DNA from: Gemmata obscuriglobus
GTDB lineage: Bacteria > Planctomycetota > Planctomycetia > Gemmatales > Gemmataceae
Length of the DNA: 32,000 nt
Direction of reading: 5' to 3'
Assembly (NCBI RefSeq): GCF_008065095.1
Contig: NZ_CP042911.1
Coordinates: 750,001-782,000 of the forward strand
How positions within the stretch are numbered: position 1 is the stretch's first letter; every line of letters begins with the position of its first letter. The translations under genes were made by a program, and so were the position numbers. Under the pieces are notes generated by a model, which saw nothing but the letters and a program-made list of their open reading frames with translations, did no database searches and had not been told where the DNA came from. Of the stretch, positions 7,361 to 15,967 are shown piece after piece.

Positions 7361-8497
7361 ATGAGCGAAGTGACACACGCAGGCGGGTGCCCGTCAGGGG
7401 TCAGCCACGACCGTAACGTACCAGACACCGACCTGCTCGCGCCGCTCACGGTCCGCGGCGTCACGTTCCGCAACCGTATCGTCGTGTCGCCGATGTGCCA
7501 GTACTGTGCGACGGACGGGTTCGCGGACGACTGGCACCTGGTCCACCTCGGGAGTCGGGCCGCCGGTGGTGCGGGGCTCGTGTTTGTGGAAGCCACCGCG
7601 GTGGCGCCCGAAGGGCGTATCACCCCGGGCGACCTCGGCATCTGGACCGACGCCCACGCCGAACCGCTCAAGCGGGTCGCCGATTTCGTAACCCGTATGG
7701 GGTCGGTGCCGGGCATCCAGCTCGCCCACGCCGGGCGAAAGGCGAGCTGCCGGGTGCCGTGGGAAGGCGGCGCCCAACTCCCGCTCGGCGAAGGCGGGTG
7801 GCAGCACGTCGGCCCGAGCGCGGTCCCGTTTAACGAGGGCGACCGCGCCCCGACCGCACTGGACGAGGCCGGCATCCGCACGGTAATCGGTCAGTTCAAG
7901 ATTGCCGCCGAGCGGGCGGTGCGGGCCGGGTTCCGCGTGCTCGAACTGCACGCGGCGCACGGGTACCTGATGCACGAGTTCCTCTCGCCGCTCTCGAACC
8001 GCCGCACGGACCGGTACGGCGGGAGCCTCGAAAACCGGATGCGGATCGTACTCGAAACGGCCGCCGTGCTGCGCGACACCGTGCCTCAAGAGCTGCCGCT
8101 GTTCGTCCGCATCTCCGCGACGGACTGGGCCGACGGCGGTTGGGACCTGCCGCAATCGATTGAACTGGCCAAGGCCCTCAAGCCGCTCGGCGTGGACCTG
8201 ATCGATTGCTCCAGCGGGGCGCTGGTGCCGCACGTCAAGATCCCCGTGGGCAAGGGGTACCAGGTGCCGTTCGCGGAAGCGATCCGGCGCGAGACGGGGT
8301 TGCTGACGGGGGCGGTCGGCCTCATCACGGAGACACAGCAGGCCAACGAGGTCGTCACCTCTGGCGCGGCGGATTTGGCGTTCCTCGCGCGGGAGATGCT
8401 GCGCGAGCCGTACTGGGCGTTGAAGGCCGCCCAGACCCTCGGCCAGGAGCCCGCGTGGCCGGTGCAGTACGGGTACGCGGTCAAGCGCCGGGGCTGA
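7361..8497 (+). CDS. namA: NADH:flavin oxidoreductase, Old Yellow Enzyme family (YqjM/NamA-type)
   Basis: LTVRGVTFRNRIVVSPMCQYCATDGFADDWHLVHLGSRAAGGAGLVFVEATAV...IQLAHAGRKAS and ELHAAHGYLMHEFLSPLSNRRTDRYGGSLENR are classic OYE signatures. Confidence 0.9.
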   Translation: MSEVTHAGGCPSGVSHDRNVPDTDLLAPLTVRGVTFRNRIVVSPMCQYCATDGFADDWHLVHLGSRAAGGAGLVFVEATAVAPEGRITPGDLGIWTDAHAEPLKRVADFVTRMGSVPGIQLAHAGRKASCRVPWEGGAQLPLGEGGWQHVGPSAVPFNEGDRAPTALDEAGIRTVIGQFKIAAERAVRAGFRVLELHAAHGYLMHEFLSPLSNRRTDRYGGSLENRMRIVLETAAVLRDTVPQELPLFVRISATDWADGGWDLPQSIELAKALKPLGVDLIDCSSGALVPHVKIPVGKGYQVPFAEAIRRETGLLTGAVGLITETQQANEVVTSGAADLAFLAREMLREPYWALKAAQTLGQEPAWPVQYGYAVKRRG

Positions 8498-8503
8498 GCG
8501 GCG

Positions 8504-8531
8504 CGCCGGGCGCTCGTTCAGACGCCCGGCG
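8504..8531 (+). terminator. Hairpin downstream of the OYE gene (possible terminator)
   Basis: A 9-bp stem CGCCGGGCG / CGCCCGGCG with a 10-nt loop begins 7 nt after the stop codon. No U-tract follows. Confidence 0.4.
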
Positions 8532-8771
8532 GGAATTGCAAGGCGGGCGCGCACTTGAAAGATCGCGCCGCATTGCTATTATGCATACATGCCACCGGGC
8601 AACCAGATGTTGCTCGCCCGAACGGTTAGCTCAGTACCCGCCTTTGCTGTTCGGTGTCGCCCAGTTTAGCTCTGCTGCTCGCCCCGCTCAACGCGTGGTC
8701 GGGCCGATTTAGTCGCCCGTGCCCCAACCCGGGCCACGGGCCGCCCTCCCTTTTCCTTCTCCGGGCCCGAT

Positions 8772-9809
8772 ATGCTCTTCTCTCCCATCCGCGCGCGCCG
8801 CGGGTTCACGCTCATCGAGTTGCTGGTGGTGATCGCGATCATCGCGATTCTGATCGGGCTGTTGCTGCCGGCCGTGCAGAAGGTGCGCGAGGCCGCCGCC
8901 CGCATGAAGTGCCAGAACAACCTCAAGCAGCTCGGGCTCGCGGTCCACAACTTCCACGACGTGATGAACGGGCTCCCGAGCACCCGGTACACCACCCCGG
9001 TCGGCACCCCGAACCGCGGGGCGGCCCCGGTGTACGACACGATCAGCGGGTTCGTGTACCTGCTCCCGTACGCGGAGCAGGCGAACCTGAAGGACTCCAT
9101 TTACAACAACGCGGCCTTCGTCGCCGGCACCGGCGGCGCCCCCTGGGACTCGAACTTCGCGCCTTGGACCGTCGTCCTCTCGCTGTTCCAGTGCCCGTCC
9201 GACGCCGGCACGACGGCCAGCGGCACGGCCCCGCGGAACTACCACATGAACGTCGGCGACCGGTACGACGGCAGCCGCGGCGCGTTCCAGGCGGTCCCGC
9301 AGGGCGGGGCCACCCCCGAAAAGCACAGCGCCGGGCTGCTGGCCATCAGCGACGGCACGAGCAACACGCTCCTCTTCTCCGAGCGCCGGCGGCCGACCGG
9401 CGCCAACGAGATCGCCCGGTTGGGGCTGACCGCCTCGACCGTGCCGGGCGACTGCCGCGCGCTGTGGAACGGCACCCAGTACAGCGCCGTCGTCACGCAC
9501 ACCCCGTCGAGCCGGTACGGCGACGGCCGGTCCCTCTACGGCGAGATCCTGACCGTCCTGCCGCCGAACGGCCCCGGGTGCCACTCGGACTCCGGGTGGG
9601 ACGGGAACCGCGGGTTCTTCACCGCGAACAGCAACCACACCGGCGGGGTGAACGCGTGCCTGGCCGACGGGAGCGTCCGGTTCGTCCGCGACAGCGTCAG
9701 CGTCGGCGACCAGACCGTCAACTCCAGCACTGTGGCCGGGACCAGCCCCTACGGCGTCTGGGGCGCGCTCGGCAGCCGCAACGGGGGCGAGGTCGTCACC
9801 CTCGACTGA
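8772..9809 (+). CDS. DUF1559 / H-X9-DG protein with prepilin-type N-terminal domain (paralog of 5027..6085)
   Basis: [55 protein letters not shown], plus HTGGVNACLADGSVRFV (H-X9-DG). The first ~130 nt after the RGF codons are also closely similar to 5052-5190 at the DNA level. Confidence 0.9.
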   Translation: MLFSPIRARRGFTLIELLVVIAIIAILIGLLLPAVQKVREAAARMKCQNNLKQLGLAVHNFHDVMNGLPSTRYTTPVGTPNRGAAPVYDTISGFVYLLPYAEQANLKDSIYNNAAFVAGTGGAPWDSNFAPWTVVLSLFQCPSDAGTTASGTAPRNYHMNVGDRYDGSRGAFQAVPQGGATPEKHSAGLLAISDGTSNTLLFSERRRPTGANEIARLGLTASTVPGDCRALWNGTQYSAVVTHTPSSRYGDGRSLYGEILTVLPPNGPGCHSDSGWDGNRGFFTANSNHTGGVNACLADGSVRFVRDSVSVGDQTVNSSTVAGTSPYGVWGALGSRNGGEVVTLD

Positions 9810-9817
9810 GCCGCCGC

Positions 9818-9847
9818 GCGGTCCGGGGCCGGGGCGGCCCGGACCGC
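9818..9847 (+). terminator. Intercistronic GC hairpin between DUF1559 gene 2 and its downstream lipoprotein gene
   Basis: A 10-bp perfect stem GCGGTCCGGG / CCCGGACCGC has a 10-nt loop. It starts 9 nt after the stop at 9809. There is no U-tract, so it may act as a partial terminator or an mRNA stabiliser. Confidence 0.4.
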
Positions 9848-9884
9848 TCACGTTCCCGATCCTCTCCACCGAGAACCAACTGTT

Positions 9885-10274
9885 ATGAGCCTCGCGCGCC
9901 AGTTACTGTTTTTTGTCGCTCTGTTGGCCCCCGTGGCCGCCGGGTGCGGCGGGTCGGAGTCGGCGGTCGCCACGTCGCTCCTCCGGGGCAAGGTGACCTG
10001 CGACGGCCGGCCGGTCGTGGCCGGCGTGGTGACCGCCTACCGGGGCGGGACGAAGGTAATGGAGGCGAACATCAACCCGGACGGCGGGTACGAGTTCGCG
10101 CGGCCGTCGGCCGGCGAGTACCAGCTGACGGTGACCAAAACCGACGTGGCGACCCCGTACGCCAAGCCGGTCAAGCTGCCGGCCCGGTACGCCGACCCGG
10201 CCCAGTCCGGTTTGACCGCGAAGGTGGCCGGGGACCAGGCGAGCACGCAGGACCTGGCCCTGACCGCGAAGTGA
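9885..10274 (+). CDS. Putative lipoprotein with a carboxypeptidase-regulatory-like beta-sandwich domain
   Basis: MSLARQLLFFVALLAPVAAGCGG is a signal peptide ending in Cys. LRGKVTCDGRPVVAGVVTAY...NPDGGYEF...GEYQLTV matches the CarboxypepD_reg-like pattern. Confidence 0.7.
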   Translation: MSLARQLLFFVALLAPVAAGCGGSESAVATSLLRGKVTCDGRPVVAGVVTAYRGGTKVMEANINPDGGYEFARPSAGEYQLTVTKTDVATPYAKPVKLPARYADPAQSGLTAKVAGDQASTQDLALTAK

Positions 10275-10289
10275 CGCCGCCCGCGGCGC

Positions 10290-11330
10290 TCAGAACTGCT
10301 TGAGGAACCGCAGGTCGTTCTGCCAGAACAGCCGGATGTCGTCGATCGCGTGCTTGAGCATCAGCATCCGCTGCGGCCCCATCCCGAACGCGAACCCGGT
10401 CACCTTGTCCGGGTCGTACCCGCCGGCGCGCAGCACGTTCGGGTGGACCATCCCCGCGCCCAGGATTTCGAGCCAGCCCGTGCCCTTCGTCAGCCGGTCG
10501 CGGTTCGGGTCGTCCTTCGGCCAGTCGATGTCCACCTCGATCGACGGCTCGGTGAACGGGAAGTAGCTGCTGCGGATGCGGACCTGGCGCTCGGGGCCGA
10601 ACATCCGGCGCGCGAACGCCGTGATCGTGCCCTTCAGGTCGGCCATCGTGACGCCTTCGCCGACCACCAGTCCCTCGACCTGGTAGAACTGGATCTCGCT
10701 TCGCGTGCTGATGGCCTCGTTCCGGTAGCACATCCCGGGCAGGATGACGCGGATCGGCTTCCCCGCGGCCTCGCGCATCACGTGGATCTGCCCCGGGCTG
10801 GTGTGCGTCCGCAGCACGACGCCGGGTGTGGTGGTGAAGAACGTGTCCCACATGTCGCGCGCCGGGTGGTGCGCGGGCATGTTCAGCGCCTCGAAGTTCA
10901 GCTCGTCGGTTTCGACCTCGTTGGTGCGGTACACCTGGAACCCGAGGTCCGCGAAGATCGTGTATATCTGCCGCAGGATCTGCGTCGCGGGGTGGAGGCG
11001 CCCGCGGGGGCGCCCGCGGCCCGGCAGCGTCACGTCGAGCGGGTTCGTGGTGAGGCTGAGTTGAAGGGCCTTCTCCTTCGCGTCGGCGAGCGCCGCGTCG
11101 TAGGCCGCGGTGAGCGACTCCTTGACCCGGTTGAGTTCGGCGCCGGTGGCGGGCTTGTCCGCCTTCGGGACTTTGCCGAGCAGCGCCATCGCGTTCTTCA
11201 GCAGCCCTTTCTCGCCGAACACCTGAGTGTTCCAGGCGCGAAGGGCCGCCTCGTCGGCGCACTGCTCGAGGGCCGCCTGGGCGTCCGCGACGAGCTTCCT
11301 GAGGTCATCGAGCGAGTTCACCTCGGCCAT
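10290..11330 (-). CDS. pheS: Phenylalanine--tRNA ligase alpha subunit
   Basis: HPATQILRQIYTIFADLGFQV...NFEALNMPAHHPARDMWDTFF...LRTHTSPGQI...FPFTEPSIEVDI...GWLEILGAGMVHPNVL...GFAFGMGPQRMLML. I use the start MAEVNS (complement of 11328-11330). The track ORF running to 11930 passes through queD in another frame. Confidence 0.95.
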   Translation of the reverse strand: MAEVNSLDDLRKLVADAQAALEQCADEAALRAWNTQVFGEKGLLKNAMALLGKVPKADKPATGAELNRVKESLTAAYDAALADAKEKALQLSLTTNPLDVTLPGRGRPRGRLHPATQILRQIYTIFADLGFQVYRTNEVETDELNFEALNMPAHHPARDMWDTFFTTTPGVVLRTHTSPGQIHVMREAAGKPIRVILPGMCYRNEAISTRSEIQFYQVEGLVVGEGVTMADLKGTITAFARRMFGPERQVRIRSSYFPFTEPSIEVDIDWPKDDPNRDRLTKGTGWLEILGAGMVHPNVLRAGGYDPDKVTGFAFGMGPQRMLMLKHAIDDIRLFWQNDLRFLKQF

Positions 11331-11398
11331 CTGCTCTGCTCCCAACGTCGAAGTTCCTTCGTTGGGACAGGATACGGCCGCAAGGGGTTCGCGTCCGG

Positions 11399-11872
11399 TC
11401 ACTCTGGGGCCGCGGGCGGCGTGCCGCCGACCACCTCTCGCATCGCCACCGGCCTCGAAGGCACCCCGGGGGTGGGCCGGTACGTGGCGAACGAGTTCTC
11501 GGTCTCCCAGAGGATCACCTCGGTGACCGGCAGCCCTTGCGCCACCGCCCGGTCGAAGATGAGCCGGGCGATGGTTTCCGCGGTCGGGTTGACGTCCAGC
11601 GCGATGAACGGCTCGCCCTGCCGCTCCAGTTCCGGGATGATGGGGTCGTCCTGGTGCAGCAGCATGCGGTGGTCGAGGGTGTCGTCGATCCACTTCCCGA
11701 TGACGCGCTTGATCTCGGTGAAGTCCACGACCATGCCCAGGGCGTCGAGCGACTCGGTCTCGACGGTGACGACGGCCTTCCCGTTGTGCCCGTGCAGGTT
11801 GCGGCACTTCCCGGCGTAGTTCAGCAACCGGTGCCCGTAGCAGAAGTGGATTTCCTTCGTCACTCGGAACAT
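11399..11872 (-). CDS. queD: 6-carboxy-5,6,7,8-tetrahydropterin synthase (PTPS family)
   Basis: MFRVTKEIHFCYGHRLLNYAGKCRNLHGHNGKAVVTVE...LGMVVDFTEIK shows the QueD/PTPS His/Cys motifs. GGAGG lies 6 nt upstream of ATG 11872. There is a C-terminal Pro-rich extension. Confidence 0.85.
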   Translation of the reverse strand: MFRVTKEIHFCYGHRLLNYAGKCRNLHGHNGKAVVTVETESLDALGMVVDFTEIKRVIGKWIDDTLDHRMLLHQDDPIIPELERQGEPFIALDVNPTAETIARLIFDRAVAQGLPVTEVILWETENSFATYRPTPGVPSRPVAMREVVGGTPPAAPE

Positions 11873-11965
11873 CGTTCCCTCCGGCACAAAGACAAAAGAA
11901 GGCAGGCGAAGGGCGGCCCGCGCAGCGCACGCGGTCGCCGGCGAGCGGTCTTTTGCCTTTCTCCT

Positions 11966-12658
11966 TTACTTCTCTGCGTATTCAGTCGGGTCGGTCATGT
12001 GGGCGTCGCGGAACGCCTGCCGGCGCTCCGCGCACTTGTTGCAGGTGCCACAGTGCAAGCCGCGCACGGGGCGGATGCAGGAGAACGTGTGCTCCAGCGG
12101 CCGCCCGCGGCCGCGGCGCATCACGTCCACCTTGTGAAGGGCCGCGTACGGGCGCAGCACCCTCACGTCGCCACGCACCGCGGAACTCACGATCCCGGCG
12201 AAGCCGTCGTAGAACGCGGGCGTCGCGTCCGGGAACGGGTTCGTACCGAGCGGCGCGGTCGCGACGAACGGCACCGCGTTCAAATGACACCAGATGAGCG
12301 GTTTGGCGAGCAGGAGAACGTTGCGCCCGGGCAGGAACACCGCCTCGTCGGCGGAGTCGGCACCGGGCACCCCCTCGCCGGTGGTGCTCCAGTGGGCACC
12401 GTACACGTCGGCGGTCGGCTGATCGAGAACCCGCAGCGGGCGCAAGTTCGGGGCCGCGATTGCTGCCAGGAAGCGTTCCAGGTAGGCACGCTCGACGGCC
12501 TCCCAGTGCAGCCCGGAGCGCACATACAGCGGGAACACGACGGGGCACGCGCGGACCGCTTCGGCGAGCAGGATGGCGCTGTCCAGCCCGCCGCTGACGA
12601 GCACCGCGAGCGGGGCGTCGGGCAGCGGCGCGGGTTGCGGGTCGAGGGTGGCGGTCAC
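11966..12658 (-). CDS. queC: 7-cyano-7-deazaguanine synthase
   Basis: LAVLVSGGLDS (PP-loop), FLPGRN, and the C-terminal Zn cluster CIRPVRGLHCGTCNKCAERR. The GTG start (complement of 12656-12658) overlaps the upstream gene's TGA in a GTGA arrangement. Confidence 0.85.
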   Translation of the reverse strand: MTATLDPQPAPLPDAPLAVLVSGGLDSAILLAEAVRACPVVFPLYVRSGLHWEAVERAYLERFLAAIAAPNLRPLRVLDQPTADVYGAHWSTTGEGVPGADSADEAVFLPGRNVLLLAKPLIWCHLNAVPFVATAPLGTNPFPDATPAFYDGFAGIVSSAVRGDVRVLRPYAALHKVDVMRRGRGRPLEHTFSCIRPVRGLHCGTCNKCAERRQAFRDAHMTDPTEYAEK

Positions 12659-14133
12659 CGGCAGGCCCGCACGCGACGACGCGGCTTCGGACCGCCCGGC
12701 CTCGGCCCGGGACCGCCCGGGGCCGGCCCGGCAGGGCCACCCGGAGGGGGCATTCCCGCGCCGCCTCCCCCGCCCCCGCTCCCGCCCCGCGGGTTGAACT
12801 TGTTCGCGACATTGCTCACCGATTCCTTCAGGTCGGCGGACTCGACCGACGAGCGGGCGTAGAACAGGTCGCCGGACGAGCCGCACCCGATGTTCGCCAG
12901 CATTTGCGCCTTGATCTTGTTGCCGAGCGGGTCGACCTCACTCTTCCACCACCGCGGCGGGGTGCCCTCGTCCCCCTTGCCCAGGTCGCTCTCCTTCCAC
13001 TTCCGGCTGGTGCTCGACGCTTTCTCGCTGTCGGCGTACCACACCACGACCTCGAACCGCACCTCGCGGCTGCCGATACTGGCCTTGAGCCCGTACCCCT
13101 TGCTCCCGCTCAGCGTCTCCGCGATGGTGCGCGCGAGCTGGGCCTTGCCGTCGTCGCTGCCGCCGGCACCGTCTTTGCTGGCCGCCGGAGCGGCCGGGGG
13201 CTTCGAGTCGCCCTGGAACAGTTGCAAGCTCCAAAACGTGCCGCGGGTCACCCGTTTGCCGAGTTCACCCATACGCGATCCGGCGGTCTTGTCCTGGGAG
13301 CCCGCGTTCCCGCTCAGAATCTTCTTGAACACCGGTTCGGGCACATCCTGCGGGCAGACGACAACGAGCCGGTTAGTAGGAGCGAAGACCCGCGTCCGGG
13401 GCGCCCCGCTGCTGAACCCGTCCACGGCGTAGTAGGTGCGCCCGTCGAGGGACTGCTGCTTCGCACCGGGCAGCTTGCCCAAGCCGTCGGCGTTGAACTC
13501 CGATTTGGTGCGGAACACCATCGCGGAGTGGCCCTTGCTGTTGGACCCGAACAGGACGTGGTCGGCGAGGCCGTCGAGGTCGTTGGCGCCGATCGCGCGG
13601 CCGATGCCGTCGCCCGCGAGCTTGAACTCGCTGCCGCCGAACGTACCCGAGAGCGCCTTATAGAACTCCGGGTACTTTTGCGCGTGCCCCAGGTTCAACC
13701 CGGACAGCGAGTCGGCGTCCTCGGGCACGTAGTGCATCATTTCGACCGACTTCGGCGTGCGGCCGAGCAGGTACACCAACAGTCCGGTGACGCAAGCGAG
13801 CATCACCAGCCCGGCGACGATCACCCCGACGAGCAACCCCTTGCTGGTCTCGCGCTTCTTGGACTTCCGCTTCTTGGGGGCCTTCGGGTCGGCGCCGCCC
13901 TTGGCGGGCTTGTCTTTCTTCTTGCCCTCGCCGGCCCCGTCGCGCTCCCGGTCCTTCTTGGGCCGGTCGTCGGACTTCTTCTTCTTGGGCCGGTCGTCGC
14001 CTTCGTCGTCCGCCGGCTCGGGCGCGACGAACGTGGTGCCGCACTTGGGGCACTCGATGTCCGTGCCGGCGTCCGGGGCGTCGTCGAGTTTGAGTTTGGC
14101 CCGGCATTCCGGGCAGCGGAGTTCAACGGCCAT
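12655..14133 (-). CDS. Zinc-ribbon (MJ0042-like), basic linker, single TM, extracytoplasmic domain protein with a Gly/Pro-rich C-terminal tail
   Basis: LRCPECRAKLKL...IECPKCGTTF is followed by a Lys/Asp/Arg-rich linker. That linker includes an 18-nt direct repeat at 13955-13972 and 13982-13999, encoding DDRPKK. The TM is LLVGVIVAGLVMLACVTGLLVYLL. About 330 aa of uncharacterised domain follow, and the tail reads GGSGGGGGGAGMPPPGGPAGPAPGGPGPRPGGP. Confidence 0.75.
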   Translation of the reverse strand: MAVELRCPECRAKLKLDDAPDAGTDIECPKCGTTFVAPEPADDEGDDRPKKKKSDDRPKKDRERDGAGEGKKKDKPAKGGADPKAPKKRKSKKRETSKGLLVGVIVAGLVMLACVTGLLVYLLGRTPKSVEMMHYVPEDADSLSGLNLGHAQKYPEFYKALSGTFGGSEFKLAGDGIGRAIGANDLDGLADHVLFGSNSKGHSAMVFRTKSEFNADGLGKLPGAKQQSLDGRTYYAVDGFSSGAPRTRVFAPTNRLVVVCPQDVPEPVFKKILSGNAGSQDKTAGSRMGELGKRVTRGTFWSLQLFQGDSKPPAAPAASKDGAGGSDDGKAQLARTIAETLSGSKGYGLKASIGSREVRFEVVVWYADSEKASSTSRKWKESDLGKGDEGTPPRWWKSEVDPLGNKIKAQMLANIGCGSSGDLFYARSSVESADLKESVSNVANKFNPRGGSGGGGGGAGMPPPGGPAGPAPGGPGPRPGGPKPRRRVRACR

Positions 14134-14251
14134 GCGGTAGCACCCGAGGCGAGCGGCGGACGTGCGGCTCCGACTTTCCGATACTATCGGGAGTCGCGCG
14201 CCGAGAGCAAGGGTGCGCGCGCGAGTTCATAAGAAGACGGCACCTGCACCC

Positions 14252-14824
14252 ATGGAGAACCATAACGTGACGCCCGTAGACGTGATGGCCCGCATCGACC
14301 GCCTGTTCGCCGAGCGCGGCGGGTCCGAGTACCACGGCGAGGCCGTGACCCAGCTCGAGCACGCGCTCCAGGGGGCTTACTTCGCCGAGCAGGACGGGCA
14401 GCCCGCCGAGATCGTCGCCGCCGCGCTGCTCCACGACATCGGGCACATGCTCCACGGCCACGGCGAGGACTACCTCGATAAGAACATCAACGACCGCCAC
14501 GAGGAACTCGGCGCCCGGTTCCTGGCGCACGCGTTCGGCCCGGCCGTCACCGAGCCGATCCGGCTGCACGTGCCGGCGAAGCGCTACCTCGCCAGCGGCA
14601 AGCACCCCGCGTACCCGGGCGTCCTCTCGCCGGCGTCCATAAAGAGCCTCGAACTCCAGGGCGGGCGAATGGACCCCGCCGAGATCGCGGCGTTCGAGGC
14701 GGAGCCGCACTTCGCCGCCGCCGCCAAGGTGCGCGAGTACGACGACCGCGCGAAAGTGGTCGGCATGGAGACCCCGCCGTACAGCCACTTCCGCAAGTAC
14801 CTGGAGGCCTCGCTCCGTGGCTGA
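14252..14824 (+). CDS. HD-domain protein of the phosphonate-degradation-associated (PhnZ-like) type
   Basis: EYHGEAVTQLEHALQGAYFAE...AALLHDIGHMLHGHGED shows the H...HD...H...H ligand pattern. Its 3' end overlaps the phnX start by 8 nt. ATG 14252 is favoured over the maximal start at 14162. Confidence 0.75.
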   Translation: MENHNVTPVDVMARIDRLFAERGGSEYHGEAVTQLEHALQGAYFAEQDGQPAEIVAAALLHDIGHMLHGHGEDYLDKNINDRHEELGARFLAHAFGPAVTEPIRLHVPAKRYLASGKHPAYPGVLSPASIKSLELQGGRMDPAEIAAFEAEPHFAAAAKVREYDDRAKVVGMETPPYSHFRKYLEASLRG

Positions 14825-15620
14825 GATCAAGCTGGTGGTGCTCGACTGGGCCGGGACCACGATCGACTTCGGGTGCCGCGCCCCGTCCGGGGCGTTCGTG
14901 GCCGCGTTCGCCACGAAGGGCGTGACCGTGACGCTGCCCGAGGCACGCGGCCCGATGGGGCTGCACAAGAAGGACCACATCCGCGCGATGCTGCGCACCG
15001 ACGCGGTGGGCGGGAAGTGGCGCGCCGCCGTCGGCCGGGACTGGACCGAGGCGGATGTCGAAGACCTGTACCGCGACGTGACCCCGCGGCAGGTGGAAGC
15101 CGCCGTGAAGTACAGCGAACTGATCCCCGGCGCTCGCGAGGCTGTCGCCGCGGTCCGCGCGACGGGGATCAAGGTGGCCGCGACGACCGGCTACTTCCAC
15201 GAGGCGGCCGCGGCGGTCGCCGGGGCCGCGAAGCGCCAGGGGTACGAGCCCGATTTCAACATCTGCGCCGATGACGTTCCGGCGGGCCGCCCGGCCCCGT
15301 GGATGATCTTCCGGTGCATGGAAGCGCTCAACGTGTACCCGCCGGCCGCGGTCCTGAAGGTGGGCGATACGGTCATCGATATTGAAGACGGGCGCAACGC
15401 CGGGTGCTGGAGCGTCGGCGTGATCGACTCCAGCAACGAGATGGGGCTGAGCGCGGACGAGCTTCGCGCGCTGCCGCCCGCTGAACTCGAAGCCCGTCGC
15501 GCGGCCATCACCGCGCGCTACAAACAGGCGGGCGCGCATGCGGCCATCAGCGACCTGGGCGCGCTGCCGGGGCTGATCGCCGACTTGAACGCCAAACTCG
15601 CCCGGGGGGAGCGCCCGTAA
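14817..15620 (+). CDS. phnX: Phosphonoacetaldehyde hydrolase (phosphonatase, HAD superfamily)
   Basis: VVLDWAGTTIDFGCRAP...ARGPMGLHKKDHIRAM...TTGY...GYEPDFNICADDVPAGRPAPWM...KVGDTVIDIEDGRNAGCWSVGV closely parallels characterised PhnX sequences. The start codon is GTG. Confidence 0.9.
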   Translation: MAEIKLVVLDWAGTTIDFGCRAPSGAFVAAFATKGVTVTLPEARGPMGLHKKDHIRAMLRTDAVGGKWRAAVGRDWTEADVEDLYRDVTPRQVEAAVKYSELIPGAREAVAAVRATGIKVAATTGYFHEAAAAVAGAAKRQGYEPDFNICADDVPAGRPAPWMIFRCMEALNVYPPAAVLKVGDTVIDIEDGRNAGCWSVGVIDSSNEMGLSADELRALPPAELEARRAAITARYKQAGAHAAISDLGALPGLIADLNAKLARGERP

Positions 15621-15967
15621 CTCACCTGACGAGCGGCGCGTCGTTGCGGAATCGGGCGGCCCCGATGACATCGCGCCTACCCCCGCACAACGAAGCCCAA
15701 TTCGTGGCGGTTGAATCAGGTAGCGGTTTGAGCCGACGGCACGGGCGCTGCTCGTCGCAACTGCAAGGGCTTTTTCGTTCGATCGCGCGGGGCTTGTACC
15801 GTCCGGCGCCCGCGGCCGGGTGCCTCGGCGGAATCGTCGTGGATTGACCTCGTCTCGCGCCCGCCCGGGGCGCCACTTCCGACAAGTCTCCTTCCTTCGG
15901 TCGGTTCCGTTGGTACGATAGGAGCGGCGGCCGGCGCCCGGCCCCGACCGCCCCGGGAGACCTCTCC

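Noticed and set aside
8654-10303. 549-aa + strand ORF spanning the second DUF1559 locus
   Set aside because: It is an alternative frame of the same strand. It crosses the real stop at 9809, the intercistronic hairpin and the lipoprotein gene. The product is an Arg/Pro/Gly run, whereas the annotated frames carry the pilin-like and H-X9-DG motifs.
11331-11930. N-terminal 200-codon extension of the pheS ORF (track ORF 10290..11930)
   Set aside because: The extension runs through queD in a different frame and has shadow composition. The pheS homology begins at MAEVNS (11330).
10350-12862. + strand ORFs 10350..11819 (489 aa) and 11537..12862 (441 aa)
   Set aside because: They are antisense to pheS, queD and queC, all of which have unmistakable family motifs on the minus strand.
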